Of a stretch of DNA of 24,000 bases, positions 1-9,436 are shown piece by piece. Every line of letters begins with the position of its first letter. Position 1 is the stretch's first letter. The translations under genes and the position numbers were made by a program. The stretch is from positions 1-24,000 of the forward strand of contig CAZYTS010000023.1 of the NCBI GenBank assembly GCA_964649855.1, given 5' to 3'. The notes beneath the pieces were generated by a model. That model was not told where the DNA came from, made no database searches, and saw only the letters and a list, made by a program, of their open reading frames with translations. Source of the stretch: an uncultured Gemmatimonadaceae bacterium. GTDB taxonomy: Bacteria; Gemmatimonadota; Gemmatimonadetes; Gemmatimonadales; Gemmatimonadaceae.

Positions 1-912
1 GCAAAGCTCATTGCCAACAAAGTGCGGCGCGCTGGTCTCGTCGACATACTCGGCGCTCTCGAATCAGAGAATGTGCAGGGCGAGATCCAGCAGAAGCTTG
101 ATGTCTTTGCCAACGAAACGATCATCAAGGCGATGGACCATGGCGGCAAGCTCTGCGCAATGGCATCGGAAGAAGAGCCAGACATCATTCCTATCCCGGA
201 TCAGTTCCGCTGCGGCAACTATGTGCTTTGCTTCGATCCGCTTGACGGCTCGTCAAATATCGACGTGAACGTTCCTGTCGGGACGATCTTTTCGGTGATG
301 CGTAAGATTACGCGCGGAGTACGCGGAGACCTCGAAGATTTTCTGCAGCCCGGACGCCGCCAGGTAGCCGCTGGTTATGTGATCTATGGATCGAGCACCA
401 TGCTGGTCTACACCACGGGCCAGGGTGTTCACGGCTTTACACTCGATCCGTCGATCGGAGAGTTTTTGCTTTCACATCCCGATATCCGGATTCCTCCACG
501 AGGCCGCTACCTCAGCGTCAACGATTCATACGAGCAGTATTGGAATGAGGGCGTCAAAGGTCTCATGAGGCGCTACCGTGGGCTGGATGGACAGCAGAAG
601 GCAATGAACGTCCGCTACGTGGGCTCCCTGGTTGCTGACTTTCACCGGAACCTGCTGGGAGGCGGTGTGTTTGCGTACCCGGCAAATACGCAGTCGCCAA
701 AAGGCAAGCTGCGTCTGCTGTACGAGTGCAATCCTCTGGCGTTCATTGTTCAGCAGGCGGGCGGATCGGCCATAAACGGTACCGAGGACATTCTCGACGT
801 CATACCTACCGAGTTGCATCAGCGTTCTCCGCTCTACATCGGCAGCAGAGACGCGATCGAAACGGCTCGCGAGATGCTGGCCGAGGTAAAACTCGAAAGC
901 GTTGCTGGGTAG
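1..912 (+). CDS. fbp: Fructose-1,6-bisphosphatase, class 1 (5' end upstream of the window)
   Basis: Frame 1 is open from base 1 ([18 protein letters not shown]...) to TAG 910-912. Contains the class-1 FBPase motif [21 protein letters not shown] and C-terminal [15 protein letters not shown]. The start at 22 in the ORF track is internal. Confidence 0.9.
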   Translation, partial: AKLIANKVRRAGLVDILGALESENVQGEIQQKLDVFANETIIKAMDHGGKLCAMASEEEPDIIPIPDQFRCGNYVLCFDPLDGSSNIDVNVPVGTIFSVMRKITRGVRGDLEDFLQPGRRQVAAGYVIYGSSTMLVYTTGQGVHGFTLDPSIGEFLLSHPDIRIPPRGRYLSVNDSYEQYWNEGVKGLMRRYRGLDGQQKAMNVRYVGSLVADFHRNLLGGGVFAYPANTQSPKGKLRLLYECNPLAFIVQQAGGSAINGTEDILDVIPTELHQRSPLYIGSRDAIETAREMLAEVKLESVAG

Positions 913-914
913 GT

Positions 915-961
915 GCACTGCGCCAGTGCCGCGTCGGTTCAATAATCCTTGCCGGCGCGGC
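915..961 (+). terminator. Two overlapping GC-rich inverted repeats just after the fbp stop (possible terminator or attenuator; no U-tract)
   Basis: GCACTG(915-920)-cgc-CAGTGC(924-929) is a perfect 6-bp stem. GCCGCGTCGG(928-937) and CCGGCGCGGC(952-961) pair at 9 of 10 positions around a 14-nt AT-rich loop. The two structures share bases 928-929, so they are mutually exclusive. Confidence 0.3.
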
Positions 962-972
962 ATCTTTAACGA

Positions 973-2580
973 ATGAAGAAACCTTCTGCCGAGCGCCGTA
1001 CTCCGTCCGGTATTCCTGTGCGCGCGGTGTACGGTCCGGAATCCGCGCCGCATGACCCTGGCACCTCGTTAGGCACGCCTGGGGCTTTTCCATTCACTCG
1101 CGGGGTTCAGCCCGACATGTATCGGGGGCGGCTCTGGACCATGCGTCAGTACGCGGGCTTTGGGACTGCTGCAGAGACCAACGAGCGGTTCAAACATCTG
1201 CTCGATGCGGGACAGACGGGACTTTCGGTTGCGTTCGATCTGCCCACACAGATGGGTATCGATTCCGACGCACCGCGAGCTGCCGGCGAAGTTGGGCGCG
1301 TTGGTGTGGCCATTGATTCGGCGGACGACATGCATGTCCTCCTAAAGGACATTCCGCTCGAAAAGGTATCTACGTCCATGACGATCAATGCCACGGCGGC
1401 AACGCTGTTGGCGATGTACATCGTGGTTGCAGAGGAGAGAGGCATATCGAGGTCGGCTCTGAGTGGAACGGTTCAGAACGACCTCCTCAAGGAATACATC
1501 GCGCGCGGAACATACATCTACCCGCCCTCACCCAGTCTCAGACTCATTGCCGAGGTTTTCAGGTTCTGCGCTGCCGAAGTTCCCAACTGGAATCCGATCT
1601 CAATCTCGGGATACCACATACGCGAAGCAGGTGCAACAGCTGTTCAGGAGTTGGCGTTCACGCTCTCCAACACTATCGAATACGTGCGATGTGCGTTGGA
1701 TGCGGGGCTCGCAATCGACACTTTTGCTCCGCGGCTGTCCTTCTTTTTTGCAGCGCACAACGATCTTTTTGAGGAGGCAGCCAAGTTCCGGGCAGCCCGC
1801 CGTATTTACGCCCGGATGATGAAAGAGCGCTTTGGTGCGTCGGATGAGAGCTGTCGCCTGCGTTTCCATACGCAGACGGGTGGCGTGACCCTCATGGCTC
1901 AGCAGCCTCTCAACAACGTCGTGAGAGTCACGGTCCAAACGTTGGCTGCAACACTTGGGGGAACGCAATCTCTGCACACCAACGGCTACGACGAGGCGCT
2001 GTCGCTCCCAACGGCAGAAGCAGCAACCCTTGCCCTGCGCACGCAGCAGATTGTTGCCTACGAGTCGGGAATCGCCAACACCGTGGATCCCCTCGCAGGC
2101 TCTTACTACGTGGAGTCGCTCACCGACGAACTCGAACGTCGGGCAATGGCGCTCATGGAGCGCGTGGAGGGACTTGGCGGATCGGCCCGTGCCATCGAAG
2201 CCGGATTCTTTCAGGAAGAGATCGCGCGCAGCGCGTACGAGCATCAGCTCCGCGTGGAGTCGGGCGAAACCGTTGTCGTTGGTGTGAATCACTTTCAGGA
2301 AGCAGAAGCCCCTTTGGTGTTGCCGGCTCCCGATTTCACATCCCTCGAACTCGCACAGATCCGGAGGCTCAAGCGTTTGCGATCGTCGCGAGACGAGAAG
2401 GCTGTCGTCCGGTCGCTGAGCGATTTGCGGGACGCCGCCCGTACTTATGTCGGTGAATCGCCTGGTTCCGAGCGCAAGGAACTAATGCCGCACATTTTGG
2501 AGGCGGTTCGCTCCCGCGTAACGGTTGGAGAAATCAGCGACTGTTTACGCGGCGAATGGGGGGCGTACGAGCCTCGTTGA
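973..2580 (+). CDS. Methylmalonyl-CoA mutase family protein, catalytic (large, TIM-barrel) subunit; no C-terminal B12-binding domain
   Basis: 535 aa. Hallmark MCM segment [38 protein letters not shown], plus [13 protein letters not shown] and [19 protein letters not shown]. The length and C-terminus match split (archaeal-type) mutases, where the cobalamin-binding subunit is a separate gene. Confidence 0.85.
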   Translation: MKKPSAERRTPSGIPVRAVYGPESAPHDPGTSLGTPGAFPFTRGVQPDMYRGRLWTMRQYAGFGTAAETNERFKHLLDAGQTGLSVAFDLPTQMGIDSDAPRAAGEVGRVGVAIDSADDMHVLLKDIPLEKVSTSMTINATAATLLAMYIVVAEERGISRSALSGTVQNDLLKEYIARGTYIYPPSPSLRLIAEVFRFCAAEVPNWNPISISGYHIREAGATAVQELAFTLSNTIEYVRCALDAGLAIDTFAPRLSFFFAAHNDLFEEAAKFRAARRIYARMMKERFGASDESCRLRFHTQTGGVTLMAQQPLNNVVRVTVQTLAATLGGTQSLHTNGYDEALSLPTAEAATLALRTQQIVAYESGIANTVDPLAGSYYVESLTDELERRAMALMERVEGLGGSARAIEAGFFQEEIARSAYEHQLRVESGETVVVGVNHFQEAEAPLVLPAPDFTSLELAQIRRLKRLRSSRDEKAVVRSLSDLRDAARTYVGESPGSERKELMPHILEAVRSRVTVGEISDCLRGEWGAYEPR

Positions 2581-2594
2581 GCAGGTCGGGGGAA

Positions 2595-2632
2595 TCAGCC
2601 TGGCCTCAGGATTCAAACCCGAGAAAGGCTGA
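2595..2632 (+). other. Stem-loop in the mutase/FmdB-like intergenic region
   Basis: Outer stem TCAGCC(2595-2600)/GGCTGA(2627-2632). Inner stem CTCAGG(2605-2610)/CCCGAG(2618-2623) pairs at 5 of 6 positions around the 7-nt loop ATTCAAA. No downstream T-run. An AT-rich patch at about 2669-2700 follows and may hold the promoter of the next gene. Confidence 0.25.
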
Positions 2633-2711
2633 CTGCGACTTCACTTGAGGGCGTAGAAGCGTCCAGCTAAGTTCTTTATTCTGTACAACTTGCAATTGCA
2701 CCTACTGCAGC

Positions 2712-3050
2712 ATGCCGACGTATCAGTTTCGGTGCCCAGATGGCACCATCATAGAGCGCTTTTTCAAGATCAGTGAAGTTCCGGAATCCATCCCTGCGCC
2801 GGACGGGGGTGAGGCCGTGCGGATCATCTCCGGCGGTGCAGGCCTGATCTTCAAAGGTTCGGGTTTCTACATCACTGACTACGGCAAGGACGGCAAAAAG
2901 GACCAACGAGCTGCACAGAAGTCCGAGTCCGGATCGTCGGGCGAGGGCTCAAAAGCGTCTGGTTCGGGATCAGGAGAATCGAGCTCTTCAAAGGGTTCGG
3001 GCGACAAGGGCTCGAGCAGTGGCACGGGCAGCACGGGCGGCTCTGAATGA
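2712..3050 (+). CDS. FmdB-family (CxxC_CxxC_SSSS zinc-ribbon)-like small protein that has lost most zinc ligands; Ser/Gly-rich disordered tail
   Basis: The N-terminus MPTYQFRCPDG...GGEAVRIIS...FKGSGFYITDYGK follows the FmdB template (MPxYEYRCxxCG...CPxCGG...R..S...KGSGFYxTDY), but only one Cys remains. The C-terminal ~50 aa are G/S/E/K low complexity. The stop overlaps the argS start (ATGA at 3047-3050). Confidence 0.6.
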   Translation: MPTYQFRCPDGTIIERFFKISEVPESIPAPDGGEAVRIISGGAGLIFKGSGFYITDYGKDGKKDQRAAQKSESGSSGEGSKASGSGSGESSSSKGSGDKGSSSGTGSTGGSE

Positions 3051-4690
3051 GCGCCGAGTCGGCGCTACGTAACGCGGTGGCGAGGGCGGCACAGGCGCTT
3101 GGGGCGCCGGCTGACTTTGAACCCTTGCTGGAGCGCCCCCGCGATCCATCGTTTGGGGACTGGGCCACAAACGCCGCCATGATTCTGGCGCGCCAGCTAA
3201 AGCGAAAGCCACTCGACATTGCACGCGACCTGGTGGAACAGCTGGACACAAGCGGCGCAGGAGTGACGGAGGCATATGCGGCTCCGCCCGGCTTTATCAA
3301 CTTCAGACTGGCTGCGGGTGCAGAGGCCACTCGCTTGCGCGAGATAATCGGGCTTGGTGCCGACTATGGTCGCACTGCAGAAGGTGCGAAGCAGGCTGCC
3401 AACATCGAGTTTGTCTCGGCGAACCCTACAGGACCACTGCATGTCGGCCATGGTCGTCAGGCAGCTCTGGGCGATGCCATAGCGTCGCTTCTGGAGTTTT
3501 CCGGGTGGAACGTCACCCGGGAGTTTTACTACAACGACGCTGGAGCGCAGATAGCGAATCTTGCACTAAGCGTGCAGGCCCGTGTGCGTGAACTGTCGAC
3601 AGGCACGGCTGAGATTCCCGAGGGTGGTTACCATGGCGAGTACATAGTTGATATTGCGCGCGAGTACGTTGCCGCCAATCCCGGCGACACCATGGCGGAC
3701 AACCTGGAGGCAGTGCGCAACTTTGCTGTAGCGGCCCTCCGGGCCGAGCAGGACACGGACCTCAAGGCACTGGGCGTCTCGTTTGACGTTTACTACCTGG
3801 AGTCATCGCTCTACGACGATGGCAAGGTGGCCGAGACAGTAAAGATGCTCGAGGAGGCCGGCCACACCTATGAGAAGGATGGTGCGCTATGGCTGCGAAC
3901 CACTGATTTTGGTGACGACAAGGACCGCGTGATGCGCAAGTCCGACGGCAGCTACACTTATTTTGTGCCGGACGTGGCTTATCACCTCAGTAAGTGGCGC
4001 CGCGGCTTTCATCGCGCTATCAATGTCCAGGGGGCCGATCACCACTCGACTGTCGTTAGGGTGCGCGTCGGTATTCAGGCTTTGAACCTCGGTATCCCCG
4101 AGGGCTATCCCGAGTACGAACTGCACCAGATGGTGACGGTGATGAGAGGTGGTGAAGAGGTAAAGATCTCCAAGCGGGCCGGTTCGTACGTGACAATCCG
4201 GGACCTGGTGGACGAAGTGGGGCGCGACGCGATGCGCTACTTCTTCCTGATGCGCAAGGCTGACTCACAGCTTGTGTTCGACGTGGATCTCGCGCGATCA
4301 CAGAGCGAAGAGAATCCCGTCTACTACATCCAGATGGCCCATGCGCGTCTCTGCGGCATTTTCAGGGTGGGCGAGATCGACCCTGTTTCTATAAACGGCG
4401 AGGGGGTCGACCTCAGTGCTTTAGCCTCAGACCATGAACGTGAGCTGGTAAAGGCGTTGCTGGAGTTTGCGCCGCTCGCAACGGCAGCGGCGCGGCAGAG
4501 GGCACCACACCTTGTGGCCGCCTACCTTCTGGATACGGCGCGACTCGTCCACACCTGGTATCACAAGCACCACGTGCTGGGCGAGAACGAGCCCGTCAGG
4601 TCGGCCCGGCTCGTGCTTGCCCACGCTGCTCAAGTAGTGCTGCGAAACGGACTCGACTTGTTAGGCATAACGGCGCCGGAGCGCATGTAA
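3047..4690 (+). CDS. argS: Arginine--tRNA ligase
   Basis: 547 aa. Class-I HIGH region SANPTGPLHVGHGR, a KMSKS-like element VKISKRAGS, and a C-terminal anticodon-binding (DALR) region YYIQMAHARLCGIFR. Confidence 0.93.
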   Translation: MSAESALRNAVARAAQALGAPADFEPLLERPRDPSFGDWATNAAMILARQLKRKPLDIARDLVEQLDTSGAGVTEAYAAPPGFINFRLAAGAEATRLREIIGLGADYGRTAEGAKQAANIEFVSANPTGPLHVGHGRQAALGDAIASLLEFSGWNVTREFYYNDAGAQIANLALSVQARVRELSTGTAEIPEGGYHGEYIVDIAREYVAANPGDTMADNLEAVRNFAVAALRAEQDTDLKALGVSFDVYYLESSLYDDGKVAETVKMLEEAGHTYEKDGALWLRTTDFGDDKDRVMRKSDGSYTYFVPDVAYHLSKWRRGFHRAINVQGADHHSTVVRVRVGIQALNLGIPEGYPEYELHQMVTVMRGGEEVKISKRAGSYVTIRDLVDEVGRDAMRYFFLMRKADSQLVFDVDLARSQSEENPVYYIQMAHARLCGIFRVGEIDPVSINGEGVDLSALASDHERELVKALLEFAPLATAAARQRAPHLVAAYLLDTARLVHTWYHKHHVLGENEPVRSARLVLAHAAQVVLRNGLDLLGITAPERM

Positions 4691-4714
4691 ACGCTCGTAC
4701 TCACCACATCAAGA

Positions 4715-5632
4715 ATGACCGTACTCGTCGTAGGATCAGTTGCTCTCGATTCAGTGGAAACGCCGTTTGGAAAAGCCGAAGAGGTACTCGGAGGTTCGGG
4801 CACCTTCTTTTCTGCATCGGCCAGTCACTTCACGCCAGTCCAGCTGGTGGGCGTGGTAGGTGGCGACTATCCGGTAGAGCGGCTCGAAACGCTCCGAAAG
4901 CGGGAGGTGGACCTTTCCGGTGTAGAACGGGCCGAAGGGGAATCGTTCAGGTGGCGCGGCCGTTATCGCCACGACCTCAACTCTGCAGAGACGCTGGAAA
5001 CACGGCTTGGCGTCTTTTCGCACTTCAGGCCACGTATCCCCGACAAATTCAAGAAAGCGCCATTTGTTTTTCTGGCAAACATTGATCCAAGGCTCCAGCT
5101 CGATGTGCTGCGGCAGGTGGACAAGCCCAGGCTGATTGTCTGCGACACCATGAACTTCTGGATCGAAAGCAGACGCTCAGATCTCATAGAGCTTCTCAAG
5201 CACGTCGACGTGCTGATGGTTAACGACGGTGAAGCACGGCAGCTCACCGAACACTCCAACCTGGTAAAGGCGGCACGCTGGATACTGGCACGCGGGCCAA
5301 AGTTCGTGGTGATCAAGAAAGGTGAACACGGTTCTCTCATGTTCACCGAATCGACCGTGTTCTATGCTCCGGCGTACCCTCTGGAAGACGTGTTTGACCC
5401 CACGGGTGCCGGCGATTCCTTTGCAGGTGGTTTCATGGGTTACCTGGCCGGTGCCGGCACGCTGGACGAGGCACACTTCCGGCGGGCCGTGGTGTACGGC
5501 TCGGCAATGGGATCCTTTGCCGTGGAGAGGTTTTCCATCGAGAGGCTGATGGAGATCGACATGCACGAAATTCGGGGCAGGCTCGAAGCCTTTCGGCGGT
5601 TAGTTGCCTTTGAAGAGGAGATGCCCGCATGA
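4715..5632 (+). CDS. PfkB/ribokinase-family carbohydrate (or nucleoside) kinase, substrate unknown
   Basis: 305 aa. PfkB signature-2 region DPTGAGDSFAGGFMGYL near the C-terminus and N-terminal VVGSVALD. The stop overlaps the purM start (ATGA 5629-5632). Confidence 0.85.
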   Translation: MTVLVVGSVALDSVETPFGKAEEVLGGSGTFFSASASHFTPVQLVGVVGGDYPVERLETLRKREVDLSGVERAEGESFRWRGRYRHDLNSAETLETRLGVFSHFRPRIPDKFKKAPFVFLANIDPRLQLDVLRQVDKPRLIVCDTMNFWIESRRSDLIELLKHVDVLMVNDGEARQLTEHSNLVKAARWILARGPKFVVIKKGEHGSLMFTESTVFYAPAYPLEDVFDPTGAGDSFAGGFMGYLAGAGTLDEAHFRRAVVYGSAMGSFAVERFSIERLMEIDMHEIRGRLEAFRRLVAFEEEMPA

Positions 5633-6672
5633 GCTCACGGAGCGGGGACGCTCTGAGCTATCAGTCGGCCGGCGTCGACATTGATGCCGCCGACGACGCT
5701 AAGCAGCGGATTGGCCGCCTCGTGGAATCAACGCGAACGGCTGGATGCATCGGCGAGTTTGGCGCTTTTGGAGGACTATTCCGTGCTCCGCGTGGAAGAA
5801 ACCCCGTGCTCGTGTCGAGTGCAGATGGCGTGGGTACCAAGATCAAGGTTGCCATCGAGGCAGGAAAGCATGACACGGTTGGACACTGCCTCGTGAACCA
5901 CTGCACAAACGATATCCTGGCCCAGGGAGCCACGCCGCTCTTTTTTCTGGACTACGTGGCGTTTGGAGTCCTCGAGCCTGCTGTTGCAGAGGGAGTCGTG
6001 GCTGGCGTTGCAGCAGGATGCAGGGAAAATGCCTGCGCTCTCATTGGTGGAGAAACCGCCGAAATGCCGGGGCTATACACTCCACCTGACTATGACCTGG
6101 CGGGATTTATTGTTGGAGTCGTAGAAGAAGATGAGTCGTTAGGCTCGCATCGTGTTCGTGCTGGCGATGTGCTTGTTGGTCTCGAAAGCTCGGGCCTTCA
6201 CACAAACGGCTATTCCCTGGCGCGCCGTATCGTCTCGGAACGACTGAAGCTCGGTGTTGGCGACGCATTCCCTGGAGAAAACGCCTCGGTCGCCGAGGTT
6301 CTGCTTCGAATTCACCGTTCGTATCTGGCGGCCATCCGTCCAGTGCTCGGAAAGATTCATGCCCTGGCTCACATAACCGGGGGCGGCTTGCCCGGCAATC
6401 TCAACAGGGCGCTCACCCCCGCGCTCGACGCGATTGTTGATACAAAGAGCTGGAAGGTGCCTAACGTTTTTGAAGTGCTGGGCTCGGCGGGACGGGTGGA
6501 GCGTGACGAAATGTTCCGAGCCTTCAACATGGGCGTAGGAGCGGTCGTTGTGACCGCTGAAGAGGACGCAGACGCCGTGGTAGGTGCCGCGGCCGGCGCC
6601 GGTGTCGGTGCCTGGAAGCTGGGCGAAGTCGTCTCTGGCACAGGTACTGTCCGACTAACCGGAGGAGTCTGA
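5629..6672 (+). CDS. purM: Phosphoribosylformylglycinamidine cyclo-ligase (AIR synthetase)
   Basis: 347 aa. Motifs YQSAGVDIDA, SSADGVGTKIKVA, DYVAFG, LIGGETAEMPGLY and HITGGGLPGNLNR are typical PurM. Confidence 0.93.
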   Translation: MSSRSGDALSYQSAGVDIDAADDAKQRIGRLVESTRTAGCIGEFGAFGGLFRAPRGRNPVLVSSADGVGTKIKVAIEAGKHDTVGHCLVNHCTNDILAQGATPLFFLDYVAFGVLEPAVAEGVVAGVAAGCRENACALIGGETAEMPGLYTPPDYDLAGFIVGVVEEDESLGSHRVRAGDVLVGLESSGLHTNGYSLARRIVSERLKLGVGDAFPGENASVAEVLLRIHRSYLAAIRPVLGKIHALAHITGGGLPGNLNRALTPALDAIVDTKSWKVPNVFEVLGSAGRVERDEMFRAFNMGVGAVVVTAEEDADAVVGAAAGAGVGAWKLGEVVSGTGTVRLTGGV

Positions 6673-7673
6673 TGAAGGAACGCCTGTTCGTGTCGCTTAT
6701 CGCTGGTTTTGGCGCTTTCGGAGCCCTGGCGGCACAGGGTGGCGCCGGCTCAATAGATCCTCAATGCGGAACGGGAAGTCCCGTTGCGCTCGCTTCGCAG
6801 GATGCCTGTCAGAAGGCACTCGATCTATTTGCCTTTCTTGCACCGCAGCTTTCGGGAGCAGTAGCGGGCGGCAACGCCGTGCTTGGCACGCATAGTTCGC
6901 TTCGCGGTCCCGGGCACGTGTCGTTAGGCATTCGAACCAACGTAGTGCGCGCGCGGATTCCGGAGATCACGCAGCACGAGCCCGTTATTACCGGCGCTCA
7001 GGCGTCTGACTACAACGTGACTGACAGGGCGTTTCCTATTCCGGTGATCGATGCAGCGATTGGTGTCTTCAGGGGCATCCCCGTTGGAGCCACCAACACC
7101 ATGGGATTCGACGTGATCGTCAATCTCTCCTGGCTCCCAAGCGTTTCGGGCGACGAAGTCGAGCTTGCAATAAACGGTTCTTCGGTGAAGGTAGGATTGG
7201 GTGGGCGACTCACGATTATGGAAGAGACGTTTATGACGCCGGGTATTGCGGTCAGCTACCTGCGCCGCGACCTGCCGGTGCTCGACATATCGGCTACACC
7301 CGGCAACGACGAATTGCACCTCGACGATTTCCAGATCAAGACCAGTTCCTGGCGCGCTGTCATTGGCAAGAACTTTTCGATGTTTGGGGTCACAGTAGGT
7401 GGCGGACAGGACGAGTACGAAACGTCCGGGCTTGCTTCTGTAACTGTCAACAACGGTGCCCTCTCCTTCAACGCAGGACCACTGGCCGCGATCCAGGTGC
7501 TCAGACGCGACAACGTTTTCGCTTCAGTCGCAATGAACCTCCCGATTGTAAGCGTGGTTCTCGAGGGCGGCCGCGTCAGCAACGGAAGAGTGGATACTTT
7601 CAATACTTTTGACAGTGCTCGTGCTGACGATGCGCTCACGTATGGCTCACTCGGCCTGCGCTTTACCTGGTAG
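6672..7673 (+). CDS. Hypothetical secreted protein, probable outer-membrane beta-barrel
   Basis: 333 aa. N-terminal signal peptide MKERLFVSLIAGFGAFGALAAQG, alternating hydrophobic/polar beta-strand-like segments, and a C-terminus SLGLRFTW (aromatic terminal residue, as in OMP beta-signals). GGAGGA (6661-6666) precedes the ATG, which overlaps the purM stop (TGATG). Confidence 0.55.
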   Translation: MKERLFVSLIAGFGAFGALAAQGGAGSIDPQCGTGSPVALASQDACQKALDLFAFLAPQLSGAVAGGNAVLGTHSSLRGPGHVSLGIRTNVVRARIPEITQHEPVITGAQASDYNVTDRAFPIPVIDAAIGVFRGIPVGATNTMGFDVIVNLSWLPSVSGDEVELAINGSSVKVGLGGRLTIMEETFMTPGIAVSYLRRDLPVLDISATPGNDELHLDDFQIKTSSWRAVIGKNFSMFGVTVGGGQDEYETSGLASVTVNNGALSFNAGPLAAIQVLRRDNVFASVAMNLPIVSVVLEGGRVSNGRVDTFNTFDSARADDALTYGSLGLRFTW

Positions 7674-7676
7674 GTC

Positions 7677-8771
7677 ATGACAGAGCGAGCGACGCCGCTT
7701 GGCGATGTAGCCTTCATGCGACGTGCGCTCGAACTGGCGCGAGAGGGTTGGGGAAACACTTCTCCCAACCCCATGGTGGGCGCGGTAGTGGTCAGGAACG
7801 AAGAAATAGTCGGGGAAGGTTATCACCGCCGCTTTGGAGAGGCGCACGCCGAACCCAGAGCGCTGGAACAGGCAGCGAATGCTGCGCAGGGCGCAACGCT
7901 CTATGTAACGCTGGAGCCGTGCTCACACACAGGAAAGACTCCCCCCTGCACAGAAGCCATAGTCCGCAGCGGTGTGCGACGTGTTGTTGTAGCTGCCAGA
8001 GACCCTAACCCAGTAGCTGGTAACGGCATCGACAAACTTAAGAAAGCTGGCGTGGAAATTGCAGTGGGCGTGCTTGAAGCCGAGGCTCGAGAACTGAATG
8101 CTGCCTACTTCAACTCCTTTTCGAGCAGCCGCCCCTGGGTAACGCTCAAGATGGCCATCTCCCTCGACAGCGCTATCGCCGACGGCACTCATTCCACTAC
8201 GCGCATTACTGCCGGCGAAGCGCGCCGCTTTGCTCATCACCTGCGCTCAGGGCACGACGCCGTTGCAGTTGGCATGGAAACGGTGCGCGTAGATGACCCG
8301 CAATTGACTGTTAGAGAGTCACCCGCTCCGCGCGTACCTCCACTGAGGGTCGTACTCTCCAGAAGCGGACGTCTCTCATTGACGAGCACCCTGGCCAACT
8401 CCATTGGGCAGGGTCCCGTAGTGGTTACGGCGCGGACCCTGGATCCCGAGTACGAGCACGCACTCCGCGACCACGGCGTAGAAGTGCTCATTGCGTCGGG
8501 ACTGGATGAAATCCTTGCTGCGTTAAGATCACGGGGGATCAGATCCATCCTGGTGGAGGGCGGGGCGCAGATTGCCGGCGAGTTCCTCAATCAGAACCTC
8601 GTGGACAGACTCGTGCTCGTTCAGGCACCCATCATACTTGGAGGTGGCGCCGTCGCCGCGTTCTCCCACGTGACACCTACCAAAGGAGAGCAAGCGAAAC
8701 GCTGGAGCGTAATTTCACGCGAGGTGCTGGGCGACGACATTGCGACAACGTTTGCACCGGCGGAGAGCTGA
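7677..8771 (+). CDS. ribD: Bifunctional diaminohydroxyphosphoribosylaminopyrimidine deaminase / 5-amino-6-(5-phosphoribosylamino)uracil reductase
   Basis: 364 aa. Cytidine-deaminase zinc motif HAEPRAL...TLEPCSHTGKTPPC, followed by the reductase domain (PWVTLKMAISLDS, ILVEGGAQIAGEF). Confidence 0.92.
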   Translation: MTERATPLGDVAFMRRALELAREGWGNTSPNPMVGAVVVRNEEIVGEGYHRRFGEAHAEPRALEQAANAAQGATLYVTLEPCSHTGKTPPCTEAIVRSGVRRVVVAARDPNPVAGNGIDKLKKAGVEIAVGVLEAEARELNAAYFNSFSSSRPWVTLKMAISLDSAIADGTHSTTRITAGEARRFAHHLRSGHDAVAVGMETVRVDDPQLTVRESPAPRVPPLRVVLSRSGRLSLTSTLANSIGQGPVVVTARTLDPEYEHALRDHGVEVLIASGLDEILAALRSRGIRSILVEGGAQIAGEFLNQNLVDRLVLVQAPIILGGGAVAAFSHVTPTKGEQAKRWSVISREVLGDDIATTFAPAES

Positions 8772-9370
8772 TGTTCACAGGACTCGTCGACGATGTAGGA
8801 ACCGTGGCTGGTGCCACTGACACCGCTGCGGGACGCGAGATCGAGATCGTGTGTGCCTATACCGGACTCGAAATCGGAGAGAGCATTTCCTGCAACGGCG
8901 CCTGCCTCACCGTAATCGAACACAAGCCCGGCAGCTTTGCGGTTGCCGCGGTTACTACTACGCTGGAGCGCACAACTATTGGCAGCTGGACGCCGGGACG
9001 GCGCATCAACCTGGAGCGCGCCATGCGCTCCGACGGCCGCTTTGGAGGCCATATTGTGGCCGGACACGTTGACGGAGTCGGTCGTGTCGCGCGATCCGTG
9101 CGTCAGGGCAACGCCACACTGATCGACATCGAAGTGCCCGAAGAGGTCTACCAGCTTCTGGTGCCGCATGGCTCCGTCGCCGTTGATGGCGTGAGTCTCA
9201 CCGTGAACGAAATCCCGGGTTCCCGTCTTTTACAGATATCCCTCATCGAGCACACTTTGCGCCACACAACCCTTGGCGCACTGGCGAGCGGGGATCTGGT
9301 TCATCTGGAAAGCGACATTGTCGGCAAGTACGTAAGGCGCCTTCTGTCAGGTTATTTCCCGGGGGCTTAG
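8771..9370 (+). CDS. ribE: Riboflavin synthase (alpha chain)
   Basis: 199 aa. MFTGLV N-terminus and duplicated lumazine-binding repeats (NGACLTV... / DGVSLTV...). The start overlaps the ribD stop (TGATG). Confidence 0.92.
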   Translation: MFTGLVDDVGTVAGATDTAAGREIEIVCAYTGLEIGESISCNGACLTVIEHKPGSFAVAAVTTTLERTTIGSWTPGRRINLERAMRSDGRFGGHIVAGHVDGVGRVARSVRQGNATLIDIEVPEEVYQLLVPHGSVAVDGVSLTVNEIPGSRLLQISLIEHTLRHTTLGALASGDLVHLESDIVGKYVRRLLSGYFPGA

Positions 9371-9378
9371 GCCCCGGG
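9358..9378 (+). other. GC-rich hairpin with the ribE TAG stop in its loop
   Basis: GGGGC(9362-9366)-TTAG-GCCCC(9371-9375), extendable with one bulge by CCC(9358-9360)/GGG(9376-9378). Lies at the head of the only sizeable spacer (66 nt) inside the rib cluster. Confidence 0.3.
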
Positions 9379-9436
9379 GCCTCCGTCCAGGGGGCAAAGC
9401 CATCCATCCGAGGCCCCTTCCCATTAGCATTACCGC

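Noticed and set aside
936-948. tRNA T-loop-like strings GGTTCAATAATCC (936-948) and GGATTCAAACCC (2609-2620).
   Set aside because: There are no flanking acceptor, D or anticodon arms. The first has an over-long loop with no 5-bp T-stem. Both are better explained as hairpin loops in intergenic inverted repeats.
2925-3045. Apparent repetitive DNA (ggttcggg / ggctcgagc / tcgggatcagg units).
   Set aside because: This is in-frame Ser/Gly-rich low-complexity coding sequence of the FmdB-like protein, not a tandem DNA repeat or a CRISPR-like array (no regular unit or spacer structure).
9371-9436. Possible FMN riboswitch between ribE and ribBA.
   Set aside because: The spacer is only 66 nt and lacks the conserved FMN aptamer helices. 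It is too short for that element.
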